Assembly: GCA_028534125.1 (NCBI GenBank)
Contig: CM052829.1
Coordinates: 1,054,001-1,118,000 of the forward strand
Reading direction: 5' to 3'
Length of the DNA: 64,000 bases
From: Lama glama
Lineage: Eukaryota
The notes below the pieces were generated by a model that searched no databases, was not told the DNA's origin, and worked only from the letters and a program-made list of their open reading frames with translations. Positions 23,801 through 36,850 of the stretch are shown piece by piece; position 1 is the stretch's first letter; the number at the start of each line of letters is the position of its first letter. Made by a program: the position numbers and the translations under genes.

Positions 23801-26339
23801 GGGGGCCCCCAGCCTGAGGAGGCGGCAAGAGAGAGCCCGTGCTGTTCTCCAGCAGCTGGGGCGGCAGCATGTGGTTCTCATTTGGGGAGGCTGAGAACCA
23901 GCCCTGTTCTCCCCAGAGCTCCAAGTAAAACGCTCTCCCGGAAAACTGGGGAGTACAGTGCGAGGCAGTGTCCCCGGGTCCCCGAAAGCCAAGAGCCGAA
24001 CAAAAAGACACATTGATTCGAGCTCGGCTCCTGATGGATGGCCAAGGAGGCCTGTCCAAGAAGGCTCTCCGCTAAGCCGTCACGCCACCTGGAGCCACCC
24101 CGGCACCAGCCCAGGGCCCCCAGAGTCAGAGAAATAAATGCCGAGTGAAAGTCAAGTGCATTCAAAGTCTTGGGAAATCGTGAAGGGCTGATTGAGCCTC
24201 CACTGCCCGCGTTTCCAGCCCCGAAGAAACACTAAGCCCGTATTCATCCCGCGTGTGCGGACCCACAGCCGCGGAAAACCTCACCTCCGGGGCTGCAGGA
24301 AGCACGTTCCAGAGCTAGAAGAGGTGGCCAGTACTGTGAGGGCTCTGGCCATCTGCCGAATGCACTGTGCTCTCTGCTGTGTTTACGAAATAACTACCTT
24401 AGTGAATATGCGAAGAGTCCCTTTGAATAGAAAAGAGATGTCACCTTCTCTGTGCCTTCCTAATGTCTGTCACTCTGCTGAGCAAATGTGGGTTTTAAAC
24501 ATGTGTCAGCCTCTCCGGTTCCTCTCCTGAGTGAAGGAAGGTGCTGGGGCCTGGGGCATTGGCTCTGGTCACCCGCTGACAAGCGCAGGGGGCAGGAGGC
24601 AGGAGGCCCACAGGGATCAGCCCCCACCCCCACCCCCCGGGGTGCACGCTCCTCAGCCCTGACCTCCAGGACAGAATCTACGTCGCATCCTGGGCGTCAG
24701 GACCCCTTGTCTCCCTCCTGTGAGGTCTGTGAGGTCCAGGCTCCCATTCCCTGGACGGAGCTGGATGACCAGCTAGGTGTCCCGACGTCCCTTCATCCCT
24801 GGCCTGCTGGAAGCAGTCCAAAAAGGGTGATGACTTCTCCCCAGCACAGGGCCTTCCTTCTAGGACCGACGTGGCCTGGATCCAGGAGTGATGCTGAGGT
24901 TCGGGGTCTGCGCAGCTGTCAGCTCCCTGCTGGGGCACAGGAACCGTTTTCTGATGGATGGGAACTGACTGCTATGTGCAGCCTCCGGCAGGACGCTGCC
25001 TGCGGGTCCTCACTGGACTGTTTCCTCGGGAAGTGCCCGACGCCACCAGCAGCAGAAGGGGTCAGTCGTGTTGGTGGCGCAGGGGGCCCTCGGGGGCTCC
25101 GGGCTGGGAGGTTCTCTGTGTGTTTTGCAAGAGGAGAGCTACGACTGTTATTAGCAGACGCGGCTTTAGGAGCTGCCCCGGCCCCCTCCTGCCGCGACGG
25201 TGGTACGGGGTCCAGGGCCCTGCTGTGGCGACAATGCCCCTCTGCTGTCAGATCGTGGCTAGAAGAGGGTGAACCACTGCTCAAAGTCACACAAACGACA
25301 AGTGGCGGCTCAGATTTCCACCTGGACGGTGGCATTAGAAATACACATTTTTACTAAAAACTGTAACTTGGTGAGTTCACCGACGGTCGTTGCGCGTGTC
25401 TAAGTCTCAGCTCTGCTGGGCATTTGACCAGAGACACGCGTGTCCTCTGAGCAAGCAGGATGCGTTCTAGGGAACCTCGCTATTTAAAAAGCGCTTTAGA
25501 AAAAGAAACCGTGTGCCAAGTAAAACTGGAACTGAAACACTGGGGCAGAAAACGCTACTGGCAGAGCTAACTCCCTGCAGCGCTCAGGGCTCCTAAAGCG
25601 CGACAGAAGCCAGGCCAGCAGCCCCCAGCTGTCCGATCAGCTCGCAGCCACGAGAGGGCAGGCCCCAGGGGCGAGGCTGGCGAGGTCTGGAAAGCAAGGC
25701 TTTCCTCCACTAAAAGAGTGAATTGTGATGCATCGTATTATGAAATATTGTGCAGCGACATTTGCAATTCTCAAATGTGGAAGTGAGTGTAGACTGACAG
25801 GAAGACGCACACAGAGCAGAGAGGACCCCACGTGCCGTCACAGGGACCCCGGTGGTGACGTCCGCTGTGACTCACACGCGGCAGAAAACCTGGAAGGCCC
25901 CCGGCTCAGGCTGCCGGCTGGACTCAGACCTCACTTGGTTTTTCCAGATTTTGCAGGTGTTCTCTGTCTGGAATGTTCTGTGTGTGATCTCGAAAGATCC
26001 TCTATCACAAGTGCCGATGCAACGCGCAGGCTTTCTGTCTCGCAAAGAGCGCTGCTCACCTTCAGGAGGGCGTGTCTGTGCTTCTAACCAGAGACGTGAG
26101 GGGAGACGAGCCTCAGAGGGACGCAGACCTGACGCTCAGGACAAGAGGAGGGGCGGGCACGTGTCTAAGAAGGGCGAGCAGGCTGCGGGAAGGCAGGTGG
26201 CTAAGAAGGAGAGGCTACACCCTTTGCACCCTCTGTTGTTTAACTTAAAATTACCGTCTTTCATTTTTGTAACTGAAAAATACTTAAACCCAACAAATAA
26301 GTCAATCAAGCGCATAAGAATTTTGCAAGGAGTGAAAAC

Positions 26340-26960
26340 TCCCAGGTGGCACTTCAAAGGCGGCGGGTGGGGCGGGCTGTGGGGCGCGCTGTGGGGCCTG
26401 CTCGCGCCCCTGGGACCGCCGCACACGCCTCTAACAGAAGGTCCCCGAGGGCCCTGGGTTCGGGATTCTGGAATGCTCCGGACAGGCATCCGCGCTCCAG
26501 AAGAAAACAAAGACGGAGAGAGCGCTGCGTGACAGCGCGTGGCCCCGCCGCTGCGGGAACCGGGGGCTGAAGTCCCCGCCGTCGGCGCTGGGGGCGCGAG
26601 GCGCCCCGCCTCCCCGAGCGCAGGACGTCGGGCGGCGGCTGCGGGGTCTGCGGGGTCTGCGTGCGCGTCCGCGCTGAGGCCGCGTCCGTTCCCGCTTCGC
26701 CGCTTTTCCGACCCCGCCGTCCTCCTGTCTCTCAGTCGGCTGAGCAGCTGTTGCTCATCTGTTTGCATCATAGTGCCTAACGTGACGGAGACCCTGGCGC
26801 CGCTGGCCTTCAAGCCCCCAGGACTCCCCTCCTCCCAGCGCCCGCGGCCGGCCCGGAGGGCCTCCAGGCAACCGCTCACCGGACGCAGGCACCTGCCGGC
26901 CCGCCCCGCGTGCCCCGCGGGTGGACGCGCAGCCGCAGCGCTGCGAGCGTGAACTGGAGA
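26340..26960. promoter_or_regulatory. Small CpG island
   Basis: Dense CpG/GC segment flanked by AT-rich sequence. Confidence 0.65.
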
Positions 26961-28321
26961 CGCGAGGAGCTGTTTGGTTTTATTTTTCAGAGTGAAATAA
27001 GACCAATACAGAGACTTACTCAAGACAGATTAACTAGTGGCAGAAATGAGGCCAAGCTCCCCCCGTCAGCCATCTCCCTCCGCAGTTTACTTCTCTGCGT
27101 GGGCGTTGGGGAAACTTCAGTGCTTATGCGGAAAAAACAGAGAGAAAATACATTTGAAAAAACAAATCCTTGCAGGCCAACAAAATGAAAACTTTTGTAA
27201 ATAGTAAAGAATTTTATTTAAAACATATGCTTACTCATTGAAATTTATATTGATAAATGGAATCCCCAGAGTCCCTCTTCATACCCAAATGTATTTTAAA
27301 TTCTATCCAGAAAGCTCCTAATATCACCATTGTTAATGAACTTTTTCGTTCTCTTTTTCTCTTCAGTTTAAATTCTATTTCTTTACCCTTTGCCCTCATG
27401 CCTGTTTGGGCGGCAGGTGGAGGGGGTGGACTGAGAGTCACGGCGGGGGGAAGACAAGGGGAAGGTGAAGTGCACCTGCGTGGGTGGCGGGGGCGCTCAG
27501 GGCGGCTGCGCCCTTCGCTCCTGGGGCTCCGCCCAGGGGAGCAGGTGAGGGCGGGCGGCTTCAGGGAGGGAGAAACGGATTCCCTGCCTGCAAACCAGGG
27601 CTGAAGGCGTCCCCGACACGGGAGCTTCTGCAGGAGGAAGACGCCCCTGAGAGGAGCAGTGAGACACCGGAAGAAAGAAGTTCTGAGCAAAGCGATGGGG
27701 GAGCCTCTCGGCAAAGTTGCCTCTGTGTGTTTTATTTTCAAAGGGGACTTGACATTTAGAGCGGTCACGTGCACGGACATTTTAGAAGATTGTGAAACTG
27801 TGTGAAGACCCTTTTCCCAGAAGAGAGCAGAGATACGGGAAAACTCAAAATCGGTCAGTATACCGAGTTAAATGTTGCAGTGAAAACGCTTGGCACGGCT
27901 TGGGAGGCTGTGAACACTGCCTGGGAGCACCCAGACCAGCAGGCGGGGAGGAGGGGGTGTGGAGCAGGGGCTCTCCACGCCCGCACAAGCCGGGAGCAGG
28001 AAGCGGACAAGCGTGGAGCGGGAAATAGACCCACTCTGGTTGCGTCAGGAGGCGCAGCACAGGGTGAGCAGGGCTGTCTGACCACGTACAGCTCAGGGAA
28101 CATATTTTGAAAATTTGAAGAATTGAATGACATTTTTATAAAACTTGAATTAAAATTGCATCTTTATGCAATCTCTGAGGGACATGCTTGAGACCAAGAA
28201 ACAAGGTAATCTGAAACTAAGAGGAAAGAAAACTGAGAAAACTGACAGTGAAAGTCATGTCAAAGTAAAATAAAAGAAAAAGTAAAATAAAAGGCAAAAC
28301 CATGGAGTAGATAAAGAGGGT

Positions 28322-28712
28322 GAAATGGGTTGAATGGTGTCCACCCCCCAAAAAAGGAATGCTGGGAACTCCTGACCCCCAGTACCTCAGAAAGCAGAAA
28401 GGTCTCCTCTGTATCATTTGCAAATATTGTATAATTTGGACATAGGGGTTTCACAGAGGTCAGTGAAGTGACCGGGTGGCCTGATCCAGTCTGGCTGGTG
28501 TCCTTGTAAAATGGGGACATGGGGCACAGACACGGGGACCAGGGAAGACACAGGCAGAGCTCCGTGTGGAGACAGCAGAGTCAGGAGAGGGACCTGGAGG
28601 GGCCCTCCAGGAGCCCCTGCGGGGGCGGCCCGCTGACCCCCAGGCCGGGGGACAGCAAGTCGATCCCGCAGCCGGTGTGCGGCGCTCTGCCACAGCAGCC
28701 CGTGCTGAGCGG
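28322..28712 (+). mobile_element. MLT1B/C-like solo LTR
   Basis: gggttgaatggtgtccacccccc...cctgacccccagtacctcag...tccagtctggctggtgtccttgtaaaatggggac...tgccacagcagcc. Confidence 0.7.
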
Positions 28713-29519
28713 CGGGCGCCCCGGAAGGAGAGCGTGAGCGCCCTCCTCCGCCAGCACCGCCCGCAGACGTGGGAAGCAGAGCCCACGGCGGCCACGCGGG
28801 GCCGTGACCCGGCGAGCAGGCGTCTCTGCCACCTCCACGGACACACGGGTTGCAAATTAGGCTGCAGCAGTAAAAAGGTGAGCATCCAGAAGCTTCCAAC
28901 AGCATGAGCGTGAGCTGGAGTGATGGCGCGCGTCTGGGAGAGCCAACCCTGCGGGAGGGAGACGGCACCTTCTTTTCAGGCCCACATGGCGCGTGTAAGA
29001 CACACTTGGGCCTCCGTCAGGATGACCGTGACGTGGATGAGGGCAGTCGGCGGAGACGAAATCTAGGGGATGAAAGCGATATGAGAAACGAGATTTCAAA
29101 ATGGTCCCAAACCCCCTGCTGGTTACTCGTGCTGTGGGAGCACCATCTTTACCACACGACGTGGATGCCGCGTGCTCCTGGCATGATGCTCTGGGACGAG
29201 GCACCGCTTACCTGGTGCTCCTGCCAGCGACGCACACCCAAAGTCGACGTCAGACGGACCCAAACTGAGAAGACACCTACACACCGCCCCCAGAGACGGC
29301 AGGGGCTGAGTGCGTCCCCCGGCTCCCTGGACTAGAGGGAGGTTCTGTGCTGACGTCAGCTTCACGGGTGTGCGTTGCCGGGGGGCGTGCGTCCTTGCTG
29401 TAGGAACGTCGCTTACGTGTTTAGGAGCGATGGGACGCTGAACCTGTGCCCATGGCTCGAGTGGCTCAGGAAGAGTAATCAAGTGCGGGGTGGTGGTGGT
29501 GGGGTGCGATGAAGGACAC

Positions 29520-29660
29520 AAGCCGGCAAGGAAGCGAGGTAAGAATTTAGGAGTTCACGGCTGGAGAATCGGGCTGAAGGCACATGGGTGTTCTGTGTGC
29601 TGCTCGTTCACCTTTCCCGTAAACTAGAAATCATTTCAAAGTGAAAAAGTAAAATGCAAC
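29520..29660 (+). mobile_element. Ancient L1 (L1ME-like) 3' end
   Basis: gcacatgggtgttctgtgtgc...tttcccgtaaactagaaatcatttcaaagtgaaaaagtaaaa. Confidence 0.5.
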
Positions 29661-32600
29661 ATGAATATTAATGTAAAAGGAAGAAGCAGCAGCCTGGGCA
29701 CAGGGGAGTCCCCCAGATTCCAGAGCTGCCCCGTCTGCCCCGCCGTGCCCGCCGTATTAGAAACAGGTGCTGACATAGCACTGCGGTCTGTCTGGAAACT
29801 GAGAGCCCCCTCCTCGGTCCGTCACTGGTCACAGGAGTCACACGGGGGGCCACAACGCTCAGGAAAACACCGCTTACCAAGGTGTGTGGGATGCTGGTGC
29901 ACGGGGCACACACTGGAGAAGAACGAAGACGGGGTGCACGAGCTGATTTCCATCCTGACAGATGAGCAAAAAGAGGGGCTTCCGTCGATCGCTGGACTCA
30001 TTCTTCCCAGCAGTCCTGGGAAGAAACAAGCCCTGGAGGACGAGCGCTTCAGTCCTGTCCCTCTGCTGGGGGCAGAATGCGAGGACCCACAGCACAGCCC
30101 AGAGCCGCATCCCCGCGCAGCGCTCGGGCCTGGGAGGCCGTCTCTCCGGCCGGGCGGTCTGCGCTTCTCTGCCCTGACGAAGTGCCACGTCTCCCTCTGC
30201 CTTGCTTGCCAGAGAGACCTCGTCTGTGGCCAGTTTTGCCCCAGGATGGGTCCATCTGGATGCCTCTGGTCCCAGCTTCATTGGAAGCTTTTACTCTGTT
30301 TCTTCTACATGTGTGCTCTGTCCCCACTGACATGCTAATACACCGTCTTTCCCCCACTACCCGGGGTGGATTTTGTCAGCTGGGAGGTGGTTTTACCTTG
30401 GGCTGCCTTGACTGAGAAAGAAACAAAACTGTGCCTTGCCCGAAGGAAGAGTGCCCATGAATGTTTATTAAAGCTGAATTAGCCACACTCGTCAGGAAAT
30501 GACAAAAGCACTGCCTCGCTGTGTTTCATTCTTCAGCTTCAGCACCTTGAGTTGCCGCCTCTGAGAATCTTAACAGAACTTTCTAACCGGAAATGTGGAA
30601 AGCAGTGTGGAGGGGGTGGACGTGTCCACAGAACAGGATTTCATGATTCATTATGGCCCCAGTGAGGTCACACTAAGCCATCAGTGATTTTGAAGAACTC
30701 CCTAAACACGGCTGTGCTTGCGTGGCCTAGGCCGGGTGGCGTAAATGCAGTAACCATTTTTCTCCCTAAACGTCTTCACTAGGTTTTGAATGTTCTGGAT
30801 TCAGTAAGTACTTGAACACATTTGGTTAATCAGTACCTCTCTGCCCTTAATCTTTAAATGCAAGTGGGGTTTCAAGGAAATTATGACTCATATGTTTCTA
30901 ATTCCTTTATTCTTGCTGAAACTTATCTAAACGGTGCTTTGTAATACTTATCTGATGTTCGAGAGTTTTTGAACTCTTAACTGTTTGCCCAGAGTCAGGA
31001 CCTTATGTTTGGAAAAGCAATTAGCTCAAAACCCTACATATTTCAACTCTGAACTCAAAAGGTTTGAAATGACTTTTAGACATGAACAAATGTTATTCTC
31101 GACCAACAGCTGTGGATTAAGTCACCGAATTCCGTTTTCCCTCGTGGCAGGTCGGAAAGACCACGGAGGTTCGGTGGGAGGGGAAAGCATGGCAGCTTTG
31201 TGTTAGATGTTGAGACGGAATTTGGGAGGCTTGAGTGTGAAGCTCCGTCCAGCCTCTGGGAGCCCCGGAAGGGTGGCTGAGGTCCAGACAGGGTCCAGAC
31301 GGGGGTCCAGATGGGGTGCAGGTGGAGCTGGGCCGGGGAGCGGCCTGGACCGGTGCTCTGATGTTCAAGAACTCCGTGAGTCCTGCTCCTTGTGCGGCAG
31401 GAGACGCACTGCCTGTTGGACTGAGTGTGTCAAGTATTTGTAAGCACTTATTTCCGTTGCCCCCAAACCCCACCCCCCATCAGGTCTGGACGGTTCCCGT
31501 GAGTCAGAGACACCCCAGATGCACCAGCATCCAAACTGGACAAATCCTGAACAAGGTGAGTGACGCTCTCACTCTGTGAGGAAGGCTGTGCTCCTCGGCA
31601 CGCAAGCACCTTCGAGCCCGTCCTGCAGAAACACGATGGGTGGCCAGGCCCTCGGCAGAGCCACCTCCTGGAAGACGTGTGACGCTCACAGCTAAAACCG
31701 TCATCTTAAGGACGACGCCTCGGGGTGGACAGGCGCCCGACCATGAAGCTCACGAGCGAGTCCCAGGGGCCACCGTGAACAGCAGTGCCTTTTAGGGGAG
31801 CCAAGTCTTTGCTTCTTAGCTTGAGCTTCCATGTTCAGCTGGAAACGAATCCTTCAGGCACCATCCCTGACACACTGGCGCCACATCCGCCATGAGCTGT
31901 GTGTGATGCTGCAAAACGCTGAAAGGACGGCTGCGTTAGCAGTCATCTCTCTCTGCAACGGCCTCAGAGGGGCCTGAAGAAGGAAAGGGGAAGAGTTTGG
32001 GCGTGTCTCCTCGGAGAGTGTGCCCCCCCCACCCTGCCCCGTGCTCGTGCCCGCCCGGAGACCACCCCACCCCCGTGGACGGCGAGCTGTCAGAGGGGCT
32101 GAAACGAAGGAAGCAGTCAGCTCCGAGCACTGTCCCCGAGCTGTGCGTGTCCCACGTGTGGGCCTGCAGCCCCCAGCTCCACATTCAAGGTGGGGGGTGC
32201 CACAGGGCCGCCCCGGCTGAGGAGACCTGCCTTGGGCTCCTTCAGTGGCACGTGGGTCTGAGAGCTGCGTGCTGCCGGTTTGAACGCAGGGTCCAGGGCC
32301 AGGCGCCCAGCCCCCGGAGGGCGCAGCTGACAGATCACAAACACCCTTGGGCGCAGTCGGTACAGACACGGTGCTGCCAGAGGTCCCTCATGGCAGCTTC
32401 TGGGAAGAGTCCCTCACAGTAAAGTCCAAATAACTGTGCATGTGTGACACACCGGAAAACCATCTTCCTCTGCCGACGCTGCACACCCGGGTTTCCATGA
32501 GGGACTCACAGGTTACGTGAGGTACAGCTTGGGGGACACACACCATTGCTGGGCCTCAGCCTCCTGGCAGCGAGCAGGAGCCAGGTGGGCATAGTCACTG

Positions 32601-32784
32601 TCCCCTCTTGCTCTGAGCTCCGTGACCCTGTGCCCAGGACTGGGGCCATTGGTGCCATGGACGCCTTGGGCCAGGAGGAGGCAAAGGAGGTGATGCGAGA
32701 ACCATGGTGCTGTTTGGCAACACTGATCTTTCTGTTTCCTCCTGGAGCCTTGAGTGTTCCACATCTGATGCATGGATGATTGAA

Positions 32785-33162
32785 AGTGAGGTTAATTTTA
32801 TGTGTCCAGTTGGCCAGGCCATGCTACCCAGTTTTGAGTCAAACTTCGGCCTAGATGTCAATGGGAAGGAATGTTTAGATGAAGACTAATGTTTAAATCA
32901 GTCGACTTCAATAAAGCAGATGACAGCCATAATATGGGTGGGCCTCATCCAAGCAGTTGAAGACACAAAAAAAAGACTGAGATTCCCCAAGGAGGACGGA
33001 ATTTTCCTCCAGACAGCTGGCCAGCAGACTCCCAACTCCTCCCTTAGTCTCCAGCTGCACATGCACGCAAGCGTACATACACGCACACATGCGTGCACAT
33101 ACGCACGTGCACACACACACATATACAATTGGTCTGTTTCTCTGGAGAACTGTGACTAATAC
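32785..33162 (+). mobile_element. ERVL solo LTR (MLT2-like)
   Basis: Begins ggttaattttatgtgtc, contains aaagcagatgac...gggtgggcctcatccaa, and ends tctgtttctctggagaactgtgactaataca. Confidence 0.85.
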
Positions 33163-36100
33163 AATGAGTAAGAAACAGATTAAAATCTCCATGGAGGGGA
33201 GGACGGCTCCAATTCTGGGCCTGGACGAGGCGCTGGCCCAACTCTGGTCTAGATCTGTGACGGGTGCGTGGCTGATACTTGATAGAAACCTGTGGCTGAA
33301 CGATGGACAAAGCGTGGACCCCCTGCCTGGGCCCGCGATGCCTGAAGCAGACCACGAAGCAGGGACGTGGGAGCAGGGCATCGTCTGAGGGCTCGTCCCG
33401 GGAACCGCGGGCCGGCGCGGGGCAGTGACCACGGGAAGGCAGGAAGGCCCACAGGGAGTGTGGAACTCCAAGGACGCTCCAAGGACCCTTGTAAGACAGT
33501 CCTCCAAATCGCCCCAGGCTGAGGCGAGGAGGCTGTGGTTCACTGCCCCCAAGGAAGCCGCAGGTCTGCTCCGGAGGGGCTGGGCCGTCGCATGGGTCTC
33601 GGGGCCAGCCCGGAGCGGAGAAGCAGGAGCCGCGTCGTTGGTGAGGGAGCTGGGAGCTCGTGGGGACCCGGCTCTGCCGCAGGACTCAGCTGGGCCAAGG
33701 GACTTGGGACGAGAGACACACGTCAATGCAGCTGCTTCTCAGGCCCGTGAGACCCGAAAAGTCCCTGCTTTGACACGTGGAATCATGTGACACAAAAATG
33801 CAGACCAGCAGGACATCCAGCTGGATATGGAGGAGGCAGAAACTGAGGGCCAGACCTGGGCTCAGCGACAGTATGTGGCGCTTCTGTAAATGAAGGCCAA
33901 GCGGTGGGAGGCCTGGTGAGGGGAGAGTTACTCCTGCGCTCCCGAGGGGTGCCAGTGCCAGGGACCCAGGGGGACCAGACCCAGCCTCCTCCTCTCTGAC
34001 CAAGCGCACATCCTCGGGGGCAGGACACGGACCCCTGCCTCTCCAGGCGGGGCTGCTGGCTTAGCCCGGCCGTGACTGGTGAGGCCAGGCCCCTCCCAGC
34101 TCGGGGAAGCAGGTGCTGATCTCAGGAAGACCTTCGAAAGCTGTTCTCCCACCTCAGCCCCAAGCACAGGGTCCTAATGGATGGGTAAGTCCGCTTCACA
34201 CAGCTGCGCGTAACCCTTAGCCACGTAGATCCTAACCTCCGCTTAAGTATGTGTCGGATCCAAGACGTGCTTTCCAGGTAAATCCCAGCACAGCGGAAGA
34301 ATGGGTGAAGTGAAGCTGGCCCTTCCCGTCACCGGTTCCTTTCAACTCTTTAAAGGAACAAATCGCAGCCTTGACTCTCGCCGTCCGTCGGGAATTCCGT
34401 ATTCCGAGCGCGCAGTCTGGCAAGAGAGCCAGTGGGAAAGGGACGGTCTCGCTCACACTCGTTTGCCCTCAGCCTGGCTTGGACCTTTTGTGATACTGGT
34501 CTGTGCCCTCCACGTACGTGTTTCAAGAGCACGTCAGGCAAGAGAGGCCACTATTATCTCACCTCTGCGTCTTCAGCAGAGCATGAGAGCGTTTGGAAGA
34601 GCGTTTAAACATGCAAATAGACCTCAGGGAATGTGCACTGATGCCCAGGGATAATTTAAGCCGCATGCACCACGTTGTGCACACGTGACTGATGCTCACC
34701 AAGGGCAAAGTCACGTGCAAAACAGCCAAGCGGCCCAGGAACGCTCGCCCGCATCAGCGTGTTCTAAAGGGCTCCGGGGCAGTGAAATACGGAACTCATT
34801 GTCCCGTAGCCACTTTCTCTTGTGGCCCCAGAGCTCTAGCTTTTGAAATGAGCCCAGGGAGTTGGCTCCGGGCTGCCTCGCCCTGGCCTCCACCCGCGCA
34901 CTCAGTGAGCGGCCTTACTGAGTCACAGGGGACCTGCATCTGGGGAGGCCTCCCAGGATGACAAGGGAGTCAGAGCCTGAGCCTGGTCGCCATCTCCAGA
35001 GCGGACAGGAGGGACAGATGCTTGCAAACCCGCAACAGCATGTGCTCCTGACGGGCCTCCCGTTCACCCGGAGACAGACGGCTTCACTCAGTCCAGCTCA
35101 GAGTAAGAGACACGGTCCATGCGAGACGCGGCAGGGCCACATGGGCGCCCCAGCCTCCACCGCCAGCAGAGACGCAGGGAGGCGGAGGCCCAGGTTCCCA
35201 GGCACAGAGAGGACTCGGACACACACGTCCGCGGGGACGCATGGCTCAGCACCGACCGGAGAGACGCGCCTCTGGTCGTCTTCTTGGAAACTGGGCCGCA
35301 CCAGGTGGAGGGAAGTCACGCCGGTCTCTGCTTGTCTGTCTGGAATTCTCCCAGCACAGCTCTGACTGGCTTTCCGGAACCCTCCGTGGTGATGAAACAG
35401 GAAGGAGCCCCCTGGGTCCCTCAAGTATTGAAATAATAGAGCGAGGTGACCGGAGTCTTATCTGCATTTTGCTGGAAATACGAATAATTCACAATTGTTG
35501 AAACATGAATGAGAGACTAGAAACAGCAGGAGCATGAATGGGGCTCAGATGCGCGTGAGGAAACCGAAGGAGGCATCAGGGAAAGGCCGAGGTCAAGCAA
35601 GAAAAGCCCCTTCCTTGAGATCAGTTTTCTAATTAAAACCCCAGTCTGTCTGCTGAGTGACGGACGGGCACCTGAGTGAGAGGTGGGACCGGATGCTGGC
35701 CCCGCTCCAACCGGCGACGGGACCTGGAGGGGATGCCCTCCTCTGTGCAGCCCAGGCTGAGGTGTGACATCACCCACAGATGACGCCGGCAGGGCTCCGG
35801 GCCGTAGGGACAGCGAGACGACAAACACCAAGACGGGTCCAGCAGATTAAAAATGGAGGCAGTCGGCCCGTCCCGGCAGGGTCCAGGCTGGAGGCTTCCA
35901 GAGAGACGCCCCGCGGAGGTCTGGTCGTACCAAGCAGGGTCCTGAGGAGACTCCCAGGAGAAGGTGGCCTCTGGATTGGTGGGAGGTCAGCAAACCAGAG
36001 GAGGCGGGAGGGCCTCAGACACCCAGAAGCTGCGGCTCAGCGGGCGTCACCCCGTTTCTGCCTCCGTTCCCCTAGTTTTAATTCCAGGTTCCACAGACTT

Positions 36101-36669
36101 GTTGCATCCTCTCCTCCTCTGCAGTGCAGCTCCTCCCCGTCTTCCCTCTTCTCTGCTTGGTTTATTTCCTGTTCAGGAACTAAGCTTTTCTCGGGACCCC
36201 GGGCCGTTCCCTCCGCCGGGAAGGCGGCTGCTGCTCTGGGGCGGGGGGGTCCAGCACGTCACGGGTCGGTGGAGCCCCCTCTCGCGCCAGTGCCGGGCTG
36301 TGAGCTAGGGGACCGGCAGGGAGGCCTCCCAGGGCGGCACCGCAGGGAGGCGACCGTGTGGAGCTGGCAGCTGAGGCCCGGAGAGCGGTCTCACCTGCCG
36401 TGTCCCCAGCTCAGGTCAAGTTCCTGCCAGGCAGGTGCTGCTTCCTTTTCCAGACACAGCCAACAAGATCCTAACCCATCAGGGATAACTTTGACAGACA
36501 GACCGGACTTGAACTCGAGTGGCCGCGTGAGCCAGTGGACGCCACAGTCACCGTGCACACCGACCTCCTGACCCTCAGATGCCTTGTTTACTGTGAGCAT
36601 TTGGACAGTGTGTCATCTGGGGCATCTGAAAAATGGCGAGCCGGCCACAGGCATAAGTAAGAATAGCTG

Positions 36670-36850
36670 GTTTTAACTGAGCAGCTACCAAGCGCCCAGC
36701 ACTTTGCTAAACGCCGTCTGTATCACAGCCCAGTGACTCCCCCGAGCACTGCTGATCGTGGCTCAGCTTACAGACGCAGAAACTGAGGCCCAGACCCCGA
36801 GCGATGGGATTCCGGAAAGGGGTGGGCCCCCCAGGCTTCAGTCTCTGGGC
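36670..36850 (-). mobile_element. MIR fragment
   Basis: actgagcagctaccaagcgcccagcactttgctaaacg...ttacagacgcagaaactgaggcccaga. Confidence 0.65.

Noticed and set aside
24398-24420. 23-nt minus-strand exon candidate reading GTLRIFTK, faintly like an RA domain
   Set aside because: Its phase is incompatible with the open chain and leads to a stop in the next exon. The similarity is too short to mean anything.
27802-27900. Kinase-like motif IGQYTELNVAVKTL on the plus strand
   Set aside because: No Gly-rich loop before it and no HRD/DFG-bearing segments found nearby. Likely chance.
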